From IMG/VR virus record IMGVR_UViG_3300020442_002637: a stretch of DNA of 64,000 nucleotides; one strand, 5' to 3'. The notes below the pieces were generated by a model that worked only from the letters and a program-made list of their open reading frames with translations, made no database searches and had not been told where the DNA came from. The DNA comes from an uncultured virus (IMG/VR IMGVR_UViG_3300020442_002637). Lineage: Duplodnaviria; Heunggongvirae; Uroviricota; Caudoviricetes. The stretch's first letter is position 1; each line of letters starts with the position of its first letter. A program made the translations under genes and the position numbers. Shown here piece by piece: positions 1-9,025 of the stretch.

Positions 1-173
1 TATCCACGCCTTTTGTTTTTTTTGCCTTTTAGTGGTGGCTTTGTGGTTTTAAATTTAGCTAGTTTCTTGCCTACGTATTTTTTATTATTTGTAAGATTTG
101 TTATCAAGTACACAAACCCTTCAACGCCTTGTGGTAATTCGTCTACGGGTTTTCCTTGATAAGTCCATTGCAT
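1..173 (-). CDS. GIY-YIG (Seg-like) endonuclease family protein, 5' part only (runs off window)
   Basis: Manual translation from ATG at 173: MQWTYQGKPVDELPQGVEGFVYLITNLTNNKKYVGKKLAKFKTTKPPLKGKKNKRRG. FVY-x10-YVG is a GIY-YIG motif variant. Not in the ORF track. Confidence 0.75.
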   Translation of the reverse strand, partial: MQWTYQGKPVDELPQGVEGFVYLITNLTNNKKYVGKKLAKFKTTKPPLKGKKNKRRG

Positions 174-178
174 ATGGA

Positions 179-184
179 TACTTA
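179..184 (-). promoter_or_regulatory. Late-type promoter variant TAAGTA, 5 nt before ATG (probably leaderless)
   Basis: Minus strand reads GGTAAGTA-TCCAT-ATG; same geometry as 48755-48768. Confidence 0.45.
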
Positions 185-191
185 CCGTTGC

Positions 192-404
192 CTAATTGTT
201 GCCTTGGTCTTTCTTGGCTTTATGTTTGTTGTGTATTTCTTCCATGCGTATTTTAGCTAGAGTACGTATTTCTCGCAACCATTTTCTAGCCGCACCGTGT
301 GTACGCACACTGTTTCTTGCCTCAAAATTATCATTTGCCTTAAAATATTCCATATATGCTTTTGTAAGTAAGTCATGTGTGTCATCTTTGATGTCATCAT
401 TCAT
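192..404 (-). CDS. Hypothetical helical protein (70 aa)
   Basis: ATGA overlap with the hemC stop; co-directional with the operon; no motif recognised. Confidence 0.7.
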   Translation of the reverse strand: MNDDIKDDTHDLLTKAYMEYFKANDNFEARNSVRTHGAARKWLREIRTLAKIRMEEIHNKHKAKKDQGNN

Positions 405-1249
405 TTTAAATTCTTTCCTACAAAAGACCCCAAGTCATGATAGCGTTCAATGTAAGCATGAGCTCTAAAATGCTTGTTGTTTGTAAAGTTTTCTGCTTCT
501 AAGAATAGTAGATCTCCACAAGTAGTGGTTAAACTACCAACAGCAGTGTGACAATCACCGTCTATTTCTTTTAACATAGCTCTTTCAGCCATTGCACACT
601 TAAATGTTTCTATATGGTTGACTGTTTTTACAATTTCTTGTGCTTTTGTGCCTTTTTTAGTTTGTAATGCTATAACACCTTGGCCTGGTGCAGGTAAAAT
701 CATCTGTGGATCACAAATTGATACTTTATTATTGTAACCTAAAGCATTCATTCCACATAATGCAAGAACTATTGCATCATATTCTCCTGACTCTTGTTTT
801 TTAATACGTGTGTCTATATTTCCTCTTATAGGTTTTACTGTTATATCCTGTTTTACAAACCTTTTTAACTGTTCAGTTCGTCTTGGACTACTTGTTCCTA
901 TAACAGCACCATCTTTAACTGTGCCTACTATAGCATCTCTAGGATCATTACGTTTAAGCACCGCAGAAATTTCTGTTTCATCACTAATATCTTTTGGCAA
1001 ATCCTTAAAACTGTGAACAGCAACATCAATTTCTTCTTTGATAAGTGCATCTTCTAATGTTTGTGTAAATGCTCCTTTACCTCCAAGCTCAGCAATAGGT
1101 GTATTTTCTTTTATGTCTCCTAAAGATTTTATAAACTTGATATCTACATCAATTTGTTCATCAAAATTAGCTTGTAGTAGTGCATGTACTACTTGATCAG
1201 TGTATGCAATAGCAAGTTTGCTGTTTCTAGTACCTATTTTTATAATCAT
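401..1249 (-). CDS. hemC: Hydroxymethylbilane synthase (porphobilinogen deaminase)
   Basis: IGTRNSKLA, GGKGAFT, DVAVHSFKDLP, GTSSPRR, IRGNIDTR, LPAPGQG, and GDCHTAVG (dipyrromethane-binding Cys). Confidence 0.95.
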   Translation of the reverse strand: MIIKIGTRNSKLAIAYTDQVVHALLQANFDEQIDVDIKFIKSLGDIKENTPIAELGGKGAFTQTLEDALIKEEIDVAVHSFKDLPKDISDETEISAVLKRNDPRDAIVGTVKDGAVIGTSSPRRTEQLKRFVKQDITVKPIRGNIDTRIKKQESGEYDAIVLALCGMNALGYNNKVSICDPQMILPAPGQGVIALQTKKGTKAQEIVKTVNHIETFKCAMAERAMLKEIDGDCHTAVGSLTTTCGDLLFLEAENFTNNKHFRAHAYIERYHDLGSFVGKNLK

Positions 1250-1650
1250 TGTTTTGCTATACCTATAATTCTCTCAATTAAACTACCAAATCCTACTTGT
1301 CTTTGCATAGTTAGTAATTCTCTAATGCCTAATGGCTTAAAACTGTCTAATGATAGATTTGCTACTTCGCTTTTTCGTTCACCATTGACTAAATCAACAA
1401 TTACTTTAGCAGTTCCTTTTGTAATCCAAGCGTCACCGTCATGTTTGTATTCTACAGTACCGTCATTTTGTTGTTTGCCAGTTACCCATAAATTACTTGC
1501 ACATCCTCTAATTTTATTTTCTTCAATTTTGTCTTTTTCATCTAATGGCTCAACTTCTCTCGCTAGATCAACCAAGTACTGTAGCCTATCATGTCCTTGT
1601 AACATAGCAAGTTCATCACCACGTGCTTTGATTTTATCTAAAATCATCAT
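1246..1650 (-). CDS. sufE: SufE-family sulfur acceptor protein (Fe-S assembly)
   Basis: DRLQYLVDLA, ENKIRGCASNLW (catalytic Cys), DGDAWITKG, LTMQRQVG; 134 aa. Confidence 0.92.
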   Translation of the reverse strand: MMILDKIKARGDELAMLQGHDRLQYLVDLAREVEPLDEKDKIEENKIRGCASNLWVTGKQQNDGTVEYKHDGDAWITKGTAKVIVDLVNGERKSEVANLSLDSFKPLGIRELLTMQRQVGFGSLIERIIGIAKQ

Positions 1651-3422
1651 TATTCAACAATCTCTATATCGTTTTCGTAAGATGTAAATCCGTTTTCTTT
1701 GATAACTTTCATTACGTGGTTTACTCTACCTACTAGTTCGTCTTTATGCGATATCAAGAAAACATTTTTACTACGTTCTCTACCCATTTTTTTAATTACT
1801 GCTAGTGAATTTTCAACACCACTTGCATCCATACCACTATCAATTAATTCATCAATAAACAACAAGTTGATATTTTGATATAAACTTTCCCAAACATCTC
1901 TAAATGCAAAGCTCATACCGAGTATTAGTCTATTACGTTCACCTCTTGACAAATTATCAAAATCTAAATCTTGTCCTAGTTGGGTAATTTGCACAGCCAA
2001 GTCATTTAAGAATACAACTTGATGAGGTAAACCAAGTTTATCCAAGTAATAAGTCAATCTATTATTTAGATATGCTAAATTTTGATCAATTATCTTTTTA
2101 CGTATAAAACTGTCTTTGTTTGTTAGTAGTTTTAATAAAAATTCTTGGTGTTCTTTGAAGTTTGTTAAAGTGTTTATAGTATCCCAACTTACTTCTTGTA
2201 TAGCAGTGTTTCTTAATTCTTGTATTTGTGCTTCGTATGGATCTTCTTCACTGTCTTTATTTGCTAATGCAGTTTTTAAACTATCAACATTTTGTCTATG
2301 TTCATATGCTTCTTTAGCTGTTTCATAAAATGTTTTAGGTTTGCCGTTTATATCACCAATATCTTCTAAACCCTTTACAACTTCTTCTAGTTTTGTCTTT
2401 ATTTCATTTAGATATTGTAAAGAATCGTCAAGTTCTTTAGTTTTTGTCTCTTCAATTTCTGCTTTTTTATCTTCATGTAACGTTTGTCCACAAGCATAAC
2501 AAGTAGCATCTTCCAAATCTGCGATGTCTTTTTTAAGTTTTTCTACAGACTTGTTAGCACGTTGTAGTGCAGGCTCAAGAGTGCTTTGTTCTTTTTTAAG
2601 AGCCATAATTGCTGTGTTATGTTCATTCCAATTTGCTAATTTGTCGTGTGCATCTAGTTCTTTGTCAATATCTAAATGTTCTAGTTCGTCTATTGATTTT
2701 GTTAGTTTTGCAGAATCATTTTTCTTTTTGGCTAGCCATGCTTTTTGTGTGCTTTGTAAACTTTCAATTGTATTTTCAATTTTACTATTTGCAGTTTGTA
2801 TTCCTTCAATTTTAGCAGTTTCTTCTGTGATTGCATCTTTAGTTTGTTTTATTTGTTCCTTTAAACTTTCTGCTTTTTCGGAAAGCAAAGTAATTCCTAG
2901 AAGTTGCTCGATAATAACACGTTGATCATTTTGCCGCATACTTAAAAAAGGTTCAGTATATGTGTTTAATGCAACAATATGCTTAAACATGTCATGACTC
3001 ATACCTAAAAGTCCGTTTAAAAACTCTTGAGTTTTACGACTGTCTCCTTGGCTTTCGTCAATTAGTTCTTGCTCTTCATCGTTTACAAAGAACTTCATTA
3101 TATTAGGAGAACGACCTCTTTCAATTCTATAATCTGTACCATCTTTTTCAAAATGAAGTGTAACTAACATACCTTTACTGTTAGTTTTATTAATTAAATT
3201 GTTTCTTTTTATATTTGTAAGGGCATTTCCGTATAATGCATAAGAAAGTGCATTGATAATAGTTGTTTTTCCAGTACCATTTCTTGATCCTGCATCATCT
3301 CCGCCTTGATCTAGATTTTCTCCTAGTACAAGTGTAAGTTGTTCTTTATTAAAATCAACTGCTTGAGTCTGATTACCCACACTCATGAAGTTTTTTACAG
3401 TTAAGTCCTTTACTTTTATCAT
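1650..3422 (-). CDS. Recombination endonuclease ATPase subunit (T4 gp46 / SbcC / Rad50-like)
   Basis: KNFMSVGN, Walker A NGTGKTT, coiled coil with CYAC zinc hook, LSRGE signature, LLFIDE Walker B, ISH. Confidence 0.95.
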   Translation of the reverse strand: MIKVKDLTVKNFMSVGNQTQAVDFNKEQLTLVLGENLDQGGDDAGSRNGTGKTTIINALSYALYGNALTNIKRNNLINKTNSKGMLVTLHFEKDGTDYRIERGRSPNIMKFFVNDEEQELIDESQGDSRKTQEFLNGLLGMSHDMFKHIVALNTYTEPFLSMRQNDQRVIIEQLLGITLLSEKAESLKEQIKQTKDAITEETAKIEGIQTANSKIENTIESLQSTQKAWLAKKKNDSAKLTKSIDELEHLDIDKELDAHDKLANWNEHNTAIMALKKEQSTLEPALQRANKSVEKLKKDIADLEDATCYACGQTLHEDKKAEIEETKTKELDDSLQYLNEIKTKLEEVVKGLEDIGDINGKPKTFYETAKEAYEHRQNVDSLKTALANKDSEEDPYEAQIQELRNTAIQEVSWDTINTLTNFKEHQEFLLKLLTNKDSFIRKKIIDQNLAYLNNRLTYYLDKLGLPHQVVFLNDLAVQITQLGQDLDFDNLSRGERNRLILGMSFAFRDVWESLYQNINLLFIDELIDSGMDASGVENSLAVIKKMGRERSKNVFLISHKDELVGRVNHVMKVIKENGFTSYENDIEIVE

Positions 3423-4433
3423 TTACAGCTCATTATAGATGTCAAGTAACATCTTTTTGTTAAAATTATCACTATCTATTGCCGTAATTTCTTTAGCTAC
3501 TATTTCATCTACACTTTCAAATTGTGTTATATCAAGTTCAGTAGTAATTTCTTCAATCTGCTTTTGCGGAATGAGTGTAATTTCTCTACATTTATGATTA
3601 TTGATATAAGTTTCTTTTATAAACTGTGCTTCTTCGTAAGAAATTGGCAAATCTAATGTTACCCGTAGGTACATGTTTGGTTTAATTATATCTGAATTGG
3701 GATCAAGTAATTTACTCAGTGTTGTAGTTCTATATTTAGGACAGTCTTCCCAATCTAAATATTCTGGTTCTTTATTATTTGCTCGATCAAGAATCATCAT
3801 TCCTCTTTTATCGTCCCAAGCATCGGCGTAATTATGTGGGAATGCATTACCTAAGTAATGTATTTTTCCTTGTTTCTGTCTTTTATGGAAATGTCCTGAA
3901 AATACATATTCTTGATTTTTAAAATGTTCTGCTTTAAGTTCACCTGTGTCAGGCATCTGCACCATTGCGTTCATATAAAAATTTGGTAGTTCAAAATGTC
4001 CAAACATATATTTGGCTTTACATTTTTGAATATCTTTCCATTCATCGCCTACCAACCAGGGAACAAGTGCTACATCCTCTATTTCTGTAGTTTTATATAC
4101 TACAGTTATACCAGGAATATGCTTTGCAAACTCAGTTGAACTTACATCTCTTTTGTCTTTATAATATAAATCATGATTTCCTACAAACATATAGAATTTG
4201 TCAAAGGATTGTCCTAGTTTTTCAAGACACCTTATAGTACTATCCATTGTTGTAAGATTTAAACTGCTTCTATTATGATGCCAGTCACCACAAAATATTC
4301 CAGTTTCACAATTATTTTCTTTTGCTTTACTAATATACCAATCAATAAATCTTTCACAATCATCATTGTGAATTTTACTGTTACCTTTTAGGCCAAAATG
4401 GATATCTGTAAAGACCGCGGCTTTATTAAACAC
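3423..4433 (-). CDS. Recombination endonuclease nuclease subunit (T4 gp47 / SbcD / Mre11-like)
   Basis: Metallophosphoesterase motifs DIHFG, GDWHH, GNHD, GHFE, SGHFH; GTG start; adjacent to the gp46-like gene. Confidence 0.95.
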   Translation of the reverse strand: MFNKAAVFTDIHFGLKGNSKIHNDDCERFIDWYISKAKENNCETGIFCGDWHHNRSSLNLTTMDSTIRCLEKLGQSFDKFYMFVGNHDLYYKDKRDVSSTEFAKHIPGITVVYKTTEIEDVALVPWLVGDEWKDIQKCKAKYMFGHFELPNFYMNAMVQMPDTGELKAEHFKNQEYVFSGHFHKRQKQGKIHYLGNAFPHNYADAWDDKRGMMILDRANNKEPEYLDWEDCPKYRTTTLSKLLDPNSDIIKPNMYLRVTLDLPISYEEAQFIKETYINNHKCREITLIPQKQIEEITTELDITQFESVDEIVAKEITAIDSDNFNKKMLLDIYNEL

Positions 4434-4455
4434 GTTTCATACCTTTCTCAGCTAT

Positions 4456-4484
4456 ACTATAGCGTATTTTTTGGGCTACGTCAA
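4456..4484 (-). promoter_or_regulatory. sigma70-type promoter for the gp47-gp46-sufE-hemC operon
   Basis: TTGACG (4484-4479), 17 nt spacer, TATAGT (4461-4456). Confidence 0.7.
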
Positions 4485-5326
4485 GCGTTATTTGCAGAAT
4501 TTTTTGCCTGTCTTTCTTTTTCATGGCGCATTGCTTTCTCCCATTCACCTTGGGCTTGCCTTGTATAGCTAGGATTCATATGGTTCATTTCTAATATATC
4601 ATCTCTGATGTTTTGGTTCCTTTTTTCTAAGTTTATAACCCTTACAAATGAGTTAGTAACCGCCGCTGTGTAGTAAGCAAACGGATTCTGTGACTTAGAT
4701 TCGTCAAATTGCAGTCCAATTTGTGCTAATTGCAGTATTGCTTGACCCTTCATCTCATCATTATAGGTATATCCGCGAACATTGCCCCTAGTAGCATATC
4801 TATCACATAGTTTCATCCACATCATTGCTAGTTTATCAGTGGTTTTGCCGTCTTGTAAACTGAAATGTCCGTTTTCTAAACCCCCAGTCCAATGGCTTTT
4901 ACCAACACATATCAATTGATCATCATCATTAAATTTGTAGTGTTGAAATGGTGGAAAGTTTAGTTTAACTTTTTTGTCCGCTTCTGTTTTTGGATTTTTC
5001 TTTCTACCTGGTTCATCTGGTATATGATCATACATCATAATACGGAATATTAGTTCTGTTTTTTCAATTTTTTTGTAATCTATTTCAAATTCTGCCTGTT
5101 TAACCTTTTTTCCTTGAGATTTCGCCTCTTCAAATGCTAGTAATCCTAGTCTTTTTGCTTTGTTGCGTTTAGCTTCAGCAATGGTCCTAATATTAATTTT
5201 CTCTATATTAGGTAATATAATGTCAAATTGGTGATAATCCGGATCTACAAAGCTACAATATGTGCTTTTACTCTTGTGTATCTCCTTAAGAATATCTTTG
5301 TTGTTTAAATAGTTTATTTTTCTCAT
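4481..5326 (-). CDS. T4 gp55-like late sigma factor with a large internal insertion
   Basis: N-terminal NYLNNKDIL and core GNVRGYTYNDEM...QFDESKSQNPFAYYT...NSFVRVINLEKR resemble gp55; gp55-gp47-gp46 order as in T4-like phages. Confidence 0.88.
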   Translation of the reverse strand: MRKINYLNNKDILKEIHKSKSTYCSFVDPDYHQFDIILPNIEKINIRTIAEAKRNKAKRLGLLAFEEAKSQGKKVKQAEFEIDYKKIEKTELIFRIMMYDHIPDEPGRKKNPKTEADKKVKLNFPPFQHYKFNDDDQLICVGKSHWTGGLENGHFSLQDGKTTDKLAMMWMKLCDRYATRGNVRGYTYNDEMKGQAILQLAQIGLQFDESKSQNPFAYYTAAVTNSFVRVINLEKRNQNIRDDILEMNHMNPSYTRQAQGEWEKAMRHEKERQAKNSANNA

Positions 5327-5349
5327 TGGTTCTCCAAGTTATACTCCTT

Positions 5350-5378
5350 ATTATAAACTACATACTTAAAAAAGTCAA
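5350..5378 (-). promoter_or_regulatory. sigma70-type promoter for the gp55-like gene
   Basis: TTGACT (5378-5373), 17 nt spacer, TATAAT (5355-5350). Confidence 0.8.
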
Positions 5379-5384
5379 TAAATA
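5377..5384 (+). promoter_or_regulatory. Late promoter motif AATAAATA heading the baseplate operon
   Basis: 7/8 match to T4 late TATAAATA, followed by an AAGGAG RBS and ATG at 5405. Confidence 0.7.
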
Positions 5385-5404
5385 AGTTATAAGGAGTGTA
5401 AAAA

Positions 5405-6253
5405 ATGCCAGAACCAGATTTAAGATTAAGAGCGGAAGAATCGCAAAAACGTAACTCGCAAAACCCTGCAAGTAGCTTAGAAAATGTAGCAGGATCAGCC
5501 TGGGACGATGTTAAACGTGTTGGTAGCGGGTTAAAAGATGCGTTTGTTGACACTTTACAAGAATCCAGTTATGGTAAATTTTTAAGGGCTATTAATATAC
5601 TACCAGATGGCGTACCAGAAGAATTTGACTTCGGTGGCGCTTCTTGGGGCTCTAGTCAAGGAGCTCAAGATTGGCGTGTAAGATTAAGTATGCCTTTCAA
5701 ATTTCGTTATAGTCCAGTACTTGATCCGTTAAAAGAAACTAATGGATTAATTTGGCCCTACACACCTCAAATTTATGTGACGCATAGTGCCGCATATACA
5801 CCAATCAAGCCTGTACATAGTAATTATCCGTTTTTTGCATACCAGAATTCACAAGTGGATCAGTTTTCTATTACTGGAGACTTTTTAGTTGAAAATCAAT
5901 TCGAAGCAAGATATTGGGTAGCCGCTAATCATTATTTAAGAAGTGTAACTAAAATGGCATATGGCGACACAAGAGATCAAGGTAATCCACCTCCTATTGT
6001 TAAGTTAAATGGTTATGGAGATTATGTTTTTAAAAATGTTCCAGTAATTATTACTAGTTTTGCTGTTGAACTAAACCAAGATGTTGATTATATCCAAGTT
6101 GAAGGCTTGGGAGAGAAAGGTACATATGTACCAACAAGAAGTAACATACAAGTTACTGTACAACCTATTTACAGTAGAAGAGCTGTAGAGTCATTTAGCT
6201 TAGATAAATTTGTCAACGGCGGATATATAGGTAATAGCGGTGGGTTCATTTAA
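5405..6253 (+). CDS. Putative baseplate/tail-tube initiator-type protein
   Basis: First gene of the baseplate cluster, before the gp53-like gene; PPPIVKLNGYG...PVIITSFAVEL...P pattern typical of tube-fold baseplate proteins. Confidence 0.55.
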   Translation: MPEPDLRLRAEESQKRNSQNPASSLENVAGSAWDDVKRVGSGLKDAFVDTLQESSYGKFLRAINILPDGVPEEFDFGGASWGSSQGAQDWRVRLSMPFKFRYSPVLDPLKETNGLIWPYTPQIYVTHSAAYTPIKPVHSNYPFFAYQNSQVDQFSITGDFLVENQFEARYWVAANHYLRSVTKMAYGDTRDQGNPPPIVKLNGYGDYVFKNVPVIITSFAVELNQDVDYIQVEGLGEKGTYVPTRSNIQVTVQPIYSRRAVESFSLDKFVNGGYIGNSGGFI

Positions 6254-6555
6254 TGGCAAAATATAAAGCAGATAGTCCATGGTTCAAAACTAGAACAGTA
6301 AACAATCAATATTTGACTTTGCTTTCTATTAGGCCCATACCTGCAGAAGCAGATGATACTGTATACACAATAGAAGAACAGTATACGCACAGACCAGATT
6401 TATTAGCATTTGATTTATATGAAAATAAAGACTTATGGTGGGTATTTGCACAAAGAAACATGGATGTTATAAAAGATCCTGTGTATGATATTGAAGCAGG
6501 CACAAAAATTTTTGTTCCAAAAGGTCCATCGTTACGAAAATTCTTAGGAATTTAG
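6253..6555 (+). CDS. Baseplate wedge protein, gp53/LysM-like
   Basis: HRPDLLAFDLYENKDLWWVFAQRN...GTKIFVP LysM-like pattern. Confidence 0.8.
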   Translation: MAKYKADSPWFKTRTVNNQYLTLLSIRPIPAEADDTVYTIEEQYTHRPDLLAFDLYENKDLWWVFAQRNMDVIKDPVYDIEAGTKIFVPKGPSLRKFLGI

Positions 6556-6556
6556 C

Positions 6557-9025
6557 ATGAACGATTTCACGGTTACTAATCCAAATATAAAAGTAAATTC
6601 AAGTAGTTTAGCAACAGGTCCTGAATTCATGACCAATACAACTACTGTAGATCCAAAAGCTGGAGTGGGTCCGCAGTATAAAGATGCAGTGCAAGGAAAA
6701 TTTGCTAATGCTGTTGCATCTAAATTGGGTATAGGATCCTTTGGGCCTTTACCTAATGACTTAAGAGATTTTGCTAGTTACAACTATATATGGACATTAG
6801 GTTGTTTGAATAATCAGGAAATTAATTTTCCTGACAAAACTTATAGGAAAAGAGACCCCGAAGTAATCATTTTGCGTTCAGGCGGTAATGCAGGAGATGG
6901 CGGTGCAACAGCATATGAGTCAAAAGGCAAAGTTGAATATTATATAGACAACGTAGATATAAATTCAATTATAACTCCAACAGGAAAAACAAAACAAACT
7001 AATGCAGTAACAATCGATTTTGAAATAATGGAACCTTACAGCATGGGTTTATTTTTACAAGCATTACAGGTTGCCGCTTTACAGTCAGGACATAAAAATT
7101 ATCTAGAAGCGCCATATTGTTTATCTTTAGATTTTAAGGGATGGAACGACAACGGAATCAATGTCAGTAAGCCTGAGTTACGCAGAATATATCCTCTAAA
7201 ATTTGTTAACATAGATTTTGAAGTTAATGAAGGCGGAAGTATGTACAAAGTAAAAGCCATTCCTTGGAACGAAATGGCATTATCTGACCAAGCACAATCT
7301 GTTGCAACAGATGTTACTATAGTAGGAAAAAACGTACAAGAACTTTTGCAAACAGGAGGTAAAAGTTTAGCTGAAATATTGAATAACAGAGAGCAAGAAA
7401 AGAAAAAAGCAAAAGAAGTAGTAACACCTAATGAATATGTGATTATTTTTCCTAAAGGTAGAACATCAGCAGATGAAAATTTACTAGGAGAAACAGAAGA
7501 TGATGTTGGAGCAACAATTGATCCTAACAAAGAATCTGGCGGTGAAAGAGAATTATCTGAAGAAAGAAAAAAGCAGATATACGAATCTATAACTGGAGAA
7601 AATAATGCACAAGTACCAAAAGATTTTGATGCTGAATTGAGCAAAATGTTAGGCACTATAGTAAAGCGTAGTGCAATAGGAGAAAGTATAAGAGACTTTG
7701 CAGAAAAGAAAGAAAATTTAAACGATATAGGTAAATCAAATTTAGTTTCATCATATCTTGATGGAGGACAACAACCTTTTGGCAGGCCTAAATTTGTCGA
7801 AAGTGAAAAAACCAAAGGTTTATTTGAAAGAGGCAAAGTACAAATTAGTGATAACGGAAGGGCGTTGACTTTTAAATCAGGAACTACGGTTCAAGAAATA
7901 ATTGAAGAAGTTATAATCCTTAGTGACTATGGCAGAAAACTAGCAGAAGCAGAACCTGACCAATTTGGAATGATACCTTGGTTTAAAATTCAACCAAGTG
8001 TGTATATGATTACTGATACAAAACAAATGGATTTATCAGGAAAATACCCAATGGTTTTTGTTTATAGGGTAATACCATATAAAGCACATATCAGTAGGTA
8101 TTCTCCTGTGACAAAAGCATCACCAGGAATAGAAATGCTAAGATCACAGGCAGTAAAAGAATATGATTATATCTACAGTGGAAAAAATGATGATGTATTG
8201 AAATTTGATCTCAACTTTAATCTTGCTTTTTTTACAAGTATAACACCTTTTGGAGGAAAAACACAGTCTGGCATAAAAGATGCTGAACAAAACCAAACAG
8301 CAGGAAAAAATCAAAATCCAAAAACAAAAACAATAGAAGGTGACGCAAATAATATATCACAAACCGGAATTGCTACATTACAAGAAAAACTTAAAGCAGG
8401 AACAGGAGGCTTAGGAGGAACTGAATTAAACAGTGTTCAAACAGCTATAGCAAGAGATTTTAATGATGCACTTGTAAACAGTCCTGTAGATTTGATAACT
8501 GCAAATATGACAATTATGGGAGATCCATATTATATTGCTGACAGTGGAATGGGCAATTATTCTGCTGGAACAACTCCGTTAATTAATCTAACAGAAGATG
8601 GTACTATGGATTATCAAAGCACTGAAGTTGATGTTTTAATAAATTTTAGAACACCTTTAGACATTAGTGCTACAGGCAATTACGAGTTTCCTAGACTAGG
8701 AATTTCACCAACTGGTGCGTTTAGTGGATTATACCAAGTAATTTTTGTAAGGAACAGTTTTAGTGAAGGAGTATTTACACAAGATTTAAGGATGATTAGG
8801 CGTAAGAATCAAACAGGTGTTGATACTAAATCAGAACCAACATCAGAAAAGAATTTAGCACGTGATGTAGACGTTGAAGATACAAAGAATGTGCGTACAG
8901 ATCAAGGATCAGGAGCAAGTGGTCCTGGATTACCTGGAGGCGATCCACTTATATATTCAAATGATGCAGAATCGTCAGTTACAGGTCCTGGCTTGCCTGC
9001 AGGTGATCCGGAGATTTATTCATGA
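6557..9025 (+). CDS. Putative baseplate hub protein (822 aa)
   Basis: Lies between the gp53-like and gp5-like genes; C-terminal TIMGDP...FSGLYQVIFVRNSFSEGVFTQDL resembles gp27/GpD-type hub barrels. Confidence 0.55.
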   Translation: MNDFTVTNPNIKVNSSSLATGPEFMTNTTTVDPKAGVGPQYKDAVQGKFANAVASKLGIGSFGPLPNDLRDFASYNYIWTLGCLNNQEINFPDKTYRKRDPEVIILRSGGNAGDGGATAYESKGKVEYYIDNVDINSIITPTGKTKQTNAVTIDFEIMEPYSMGLFLQALQVAALQSGHKNYLEAPYCLSLDFKGWNDNGINVSKPELRRIYPLKFVNIDFEVNEGGSMYKVKAIPWNEMALSDQAQSVATDVTIVGKNVQELLQTGGKSLAEILNNREQEKKKAKEVVTPNEYVIIFPKGRTSADENLLGETEDDVGATIDPNKESGGERELSEERKKQIYESITGENNAQVPKDFDAELSKMLGTIVKRSAIGESIRDFAEKKENLNDIGKSNLVSSYLDGGQQPFGRPKFVESEKTKGLFERGKVQISDNGRALTFKSGTTVQEIIEEVIILSDYGRKLAEAEPDQFGMIPWFKIQPSVYMITDTKQMDLSGKYPMVFVYRVIPYKAHISRYSPVTKASPGIEMLRSQAVKEYDYIYSGKNDDVLKFDLNFNLAFFTSITPFGGKTQSGIKDAEQNQTAGKNQNPKTKTIEGDANNISQTGIATLQEKLKAGTGGLGGTELNSVQTAIARDFNDALVNSPVDLITANMTIMGDPYYIADSGMGNYSAGTTPLINLTEDGTMDYQSTEVDVLINFRTPLDISATGNYEFPRLGISPTGAFSGLYQVIFVRNSFSEGVFTQDLRMIRRKNQTGVDTKSEPTSEKNLARDVDVEDTKNVRTDQGSGASGPGLPGGDPLIYSNDAESSVTGPGLPAGDPEIYS
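8921..9022 (+). repeat. Duplicated C-terminal motif GPGLPxGDPxIYS (63-bp period)
   Basis: Copies begin at 8921 and 8984. Confidence 0.85.

Noticed and set aside
5323..5553. 76-aa minus-strand ORF upstream of the gp55-like gene
   Set aside because: It spans the divergent promoter region and overlaps the 5405 gene in antisense
7099..7836. 245-aa antisense ORF (likewise 34024-34821, 1184-1687, 42293-42742 and other shadow ORFs)
   Set aside because: They lie opposite well-supported genes, have the Ser/Leu/Phe-rich composition of antisense frames, and show no RBS or motifs
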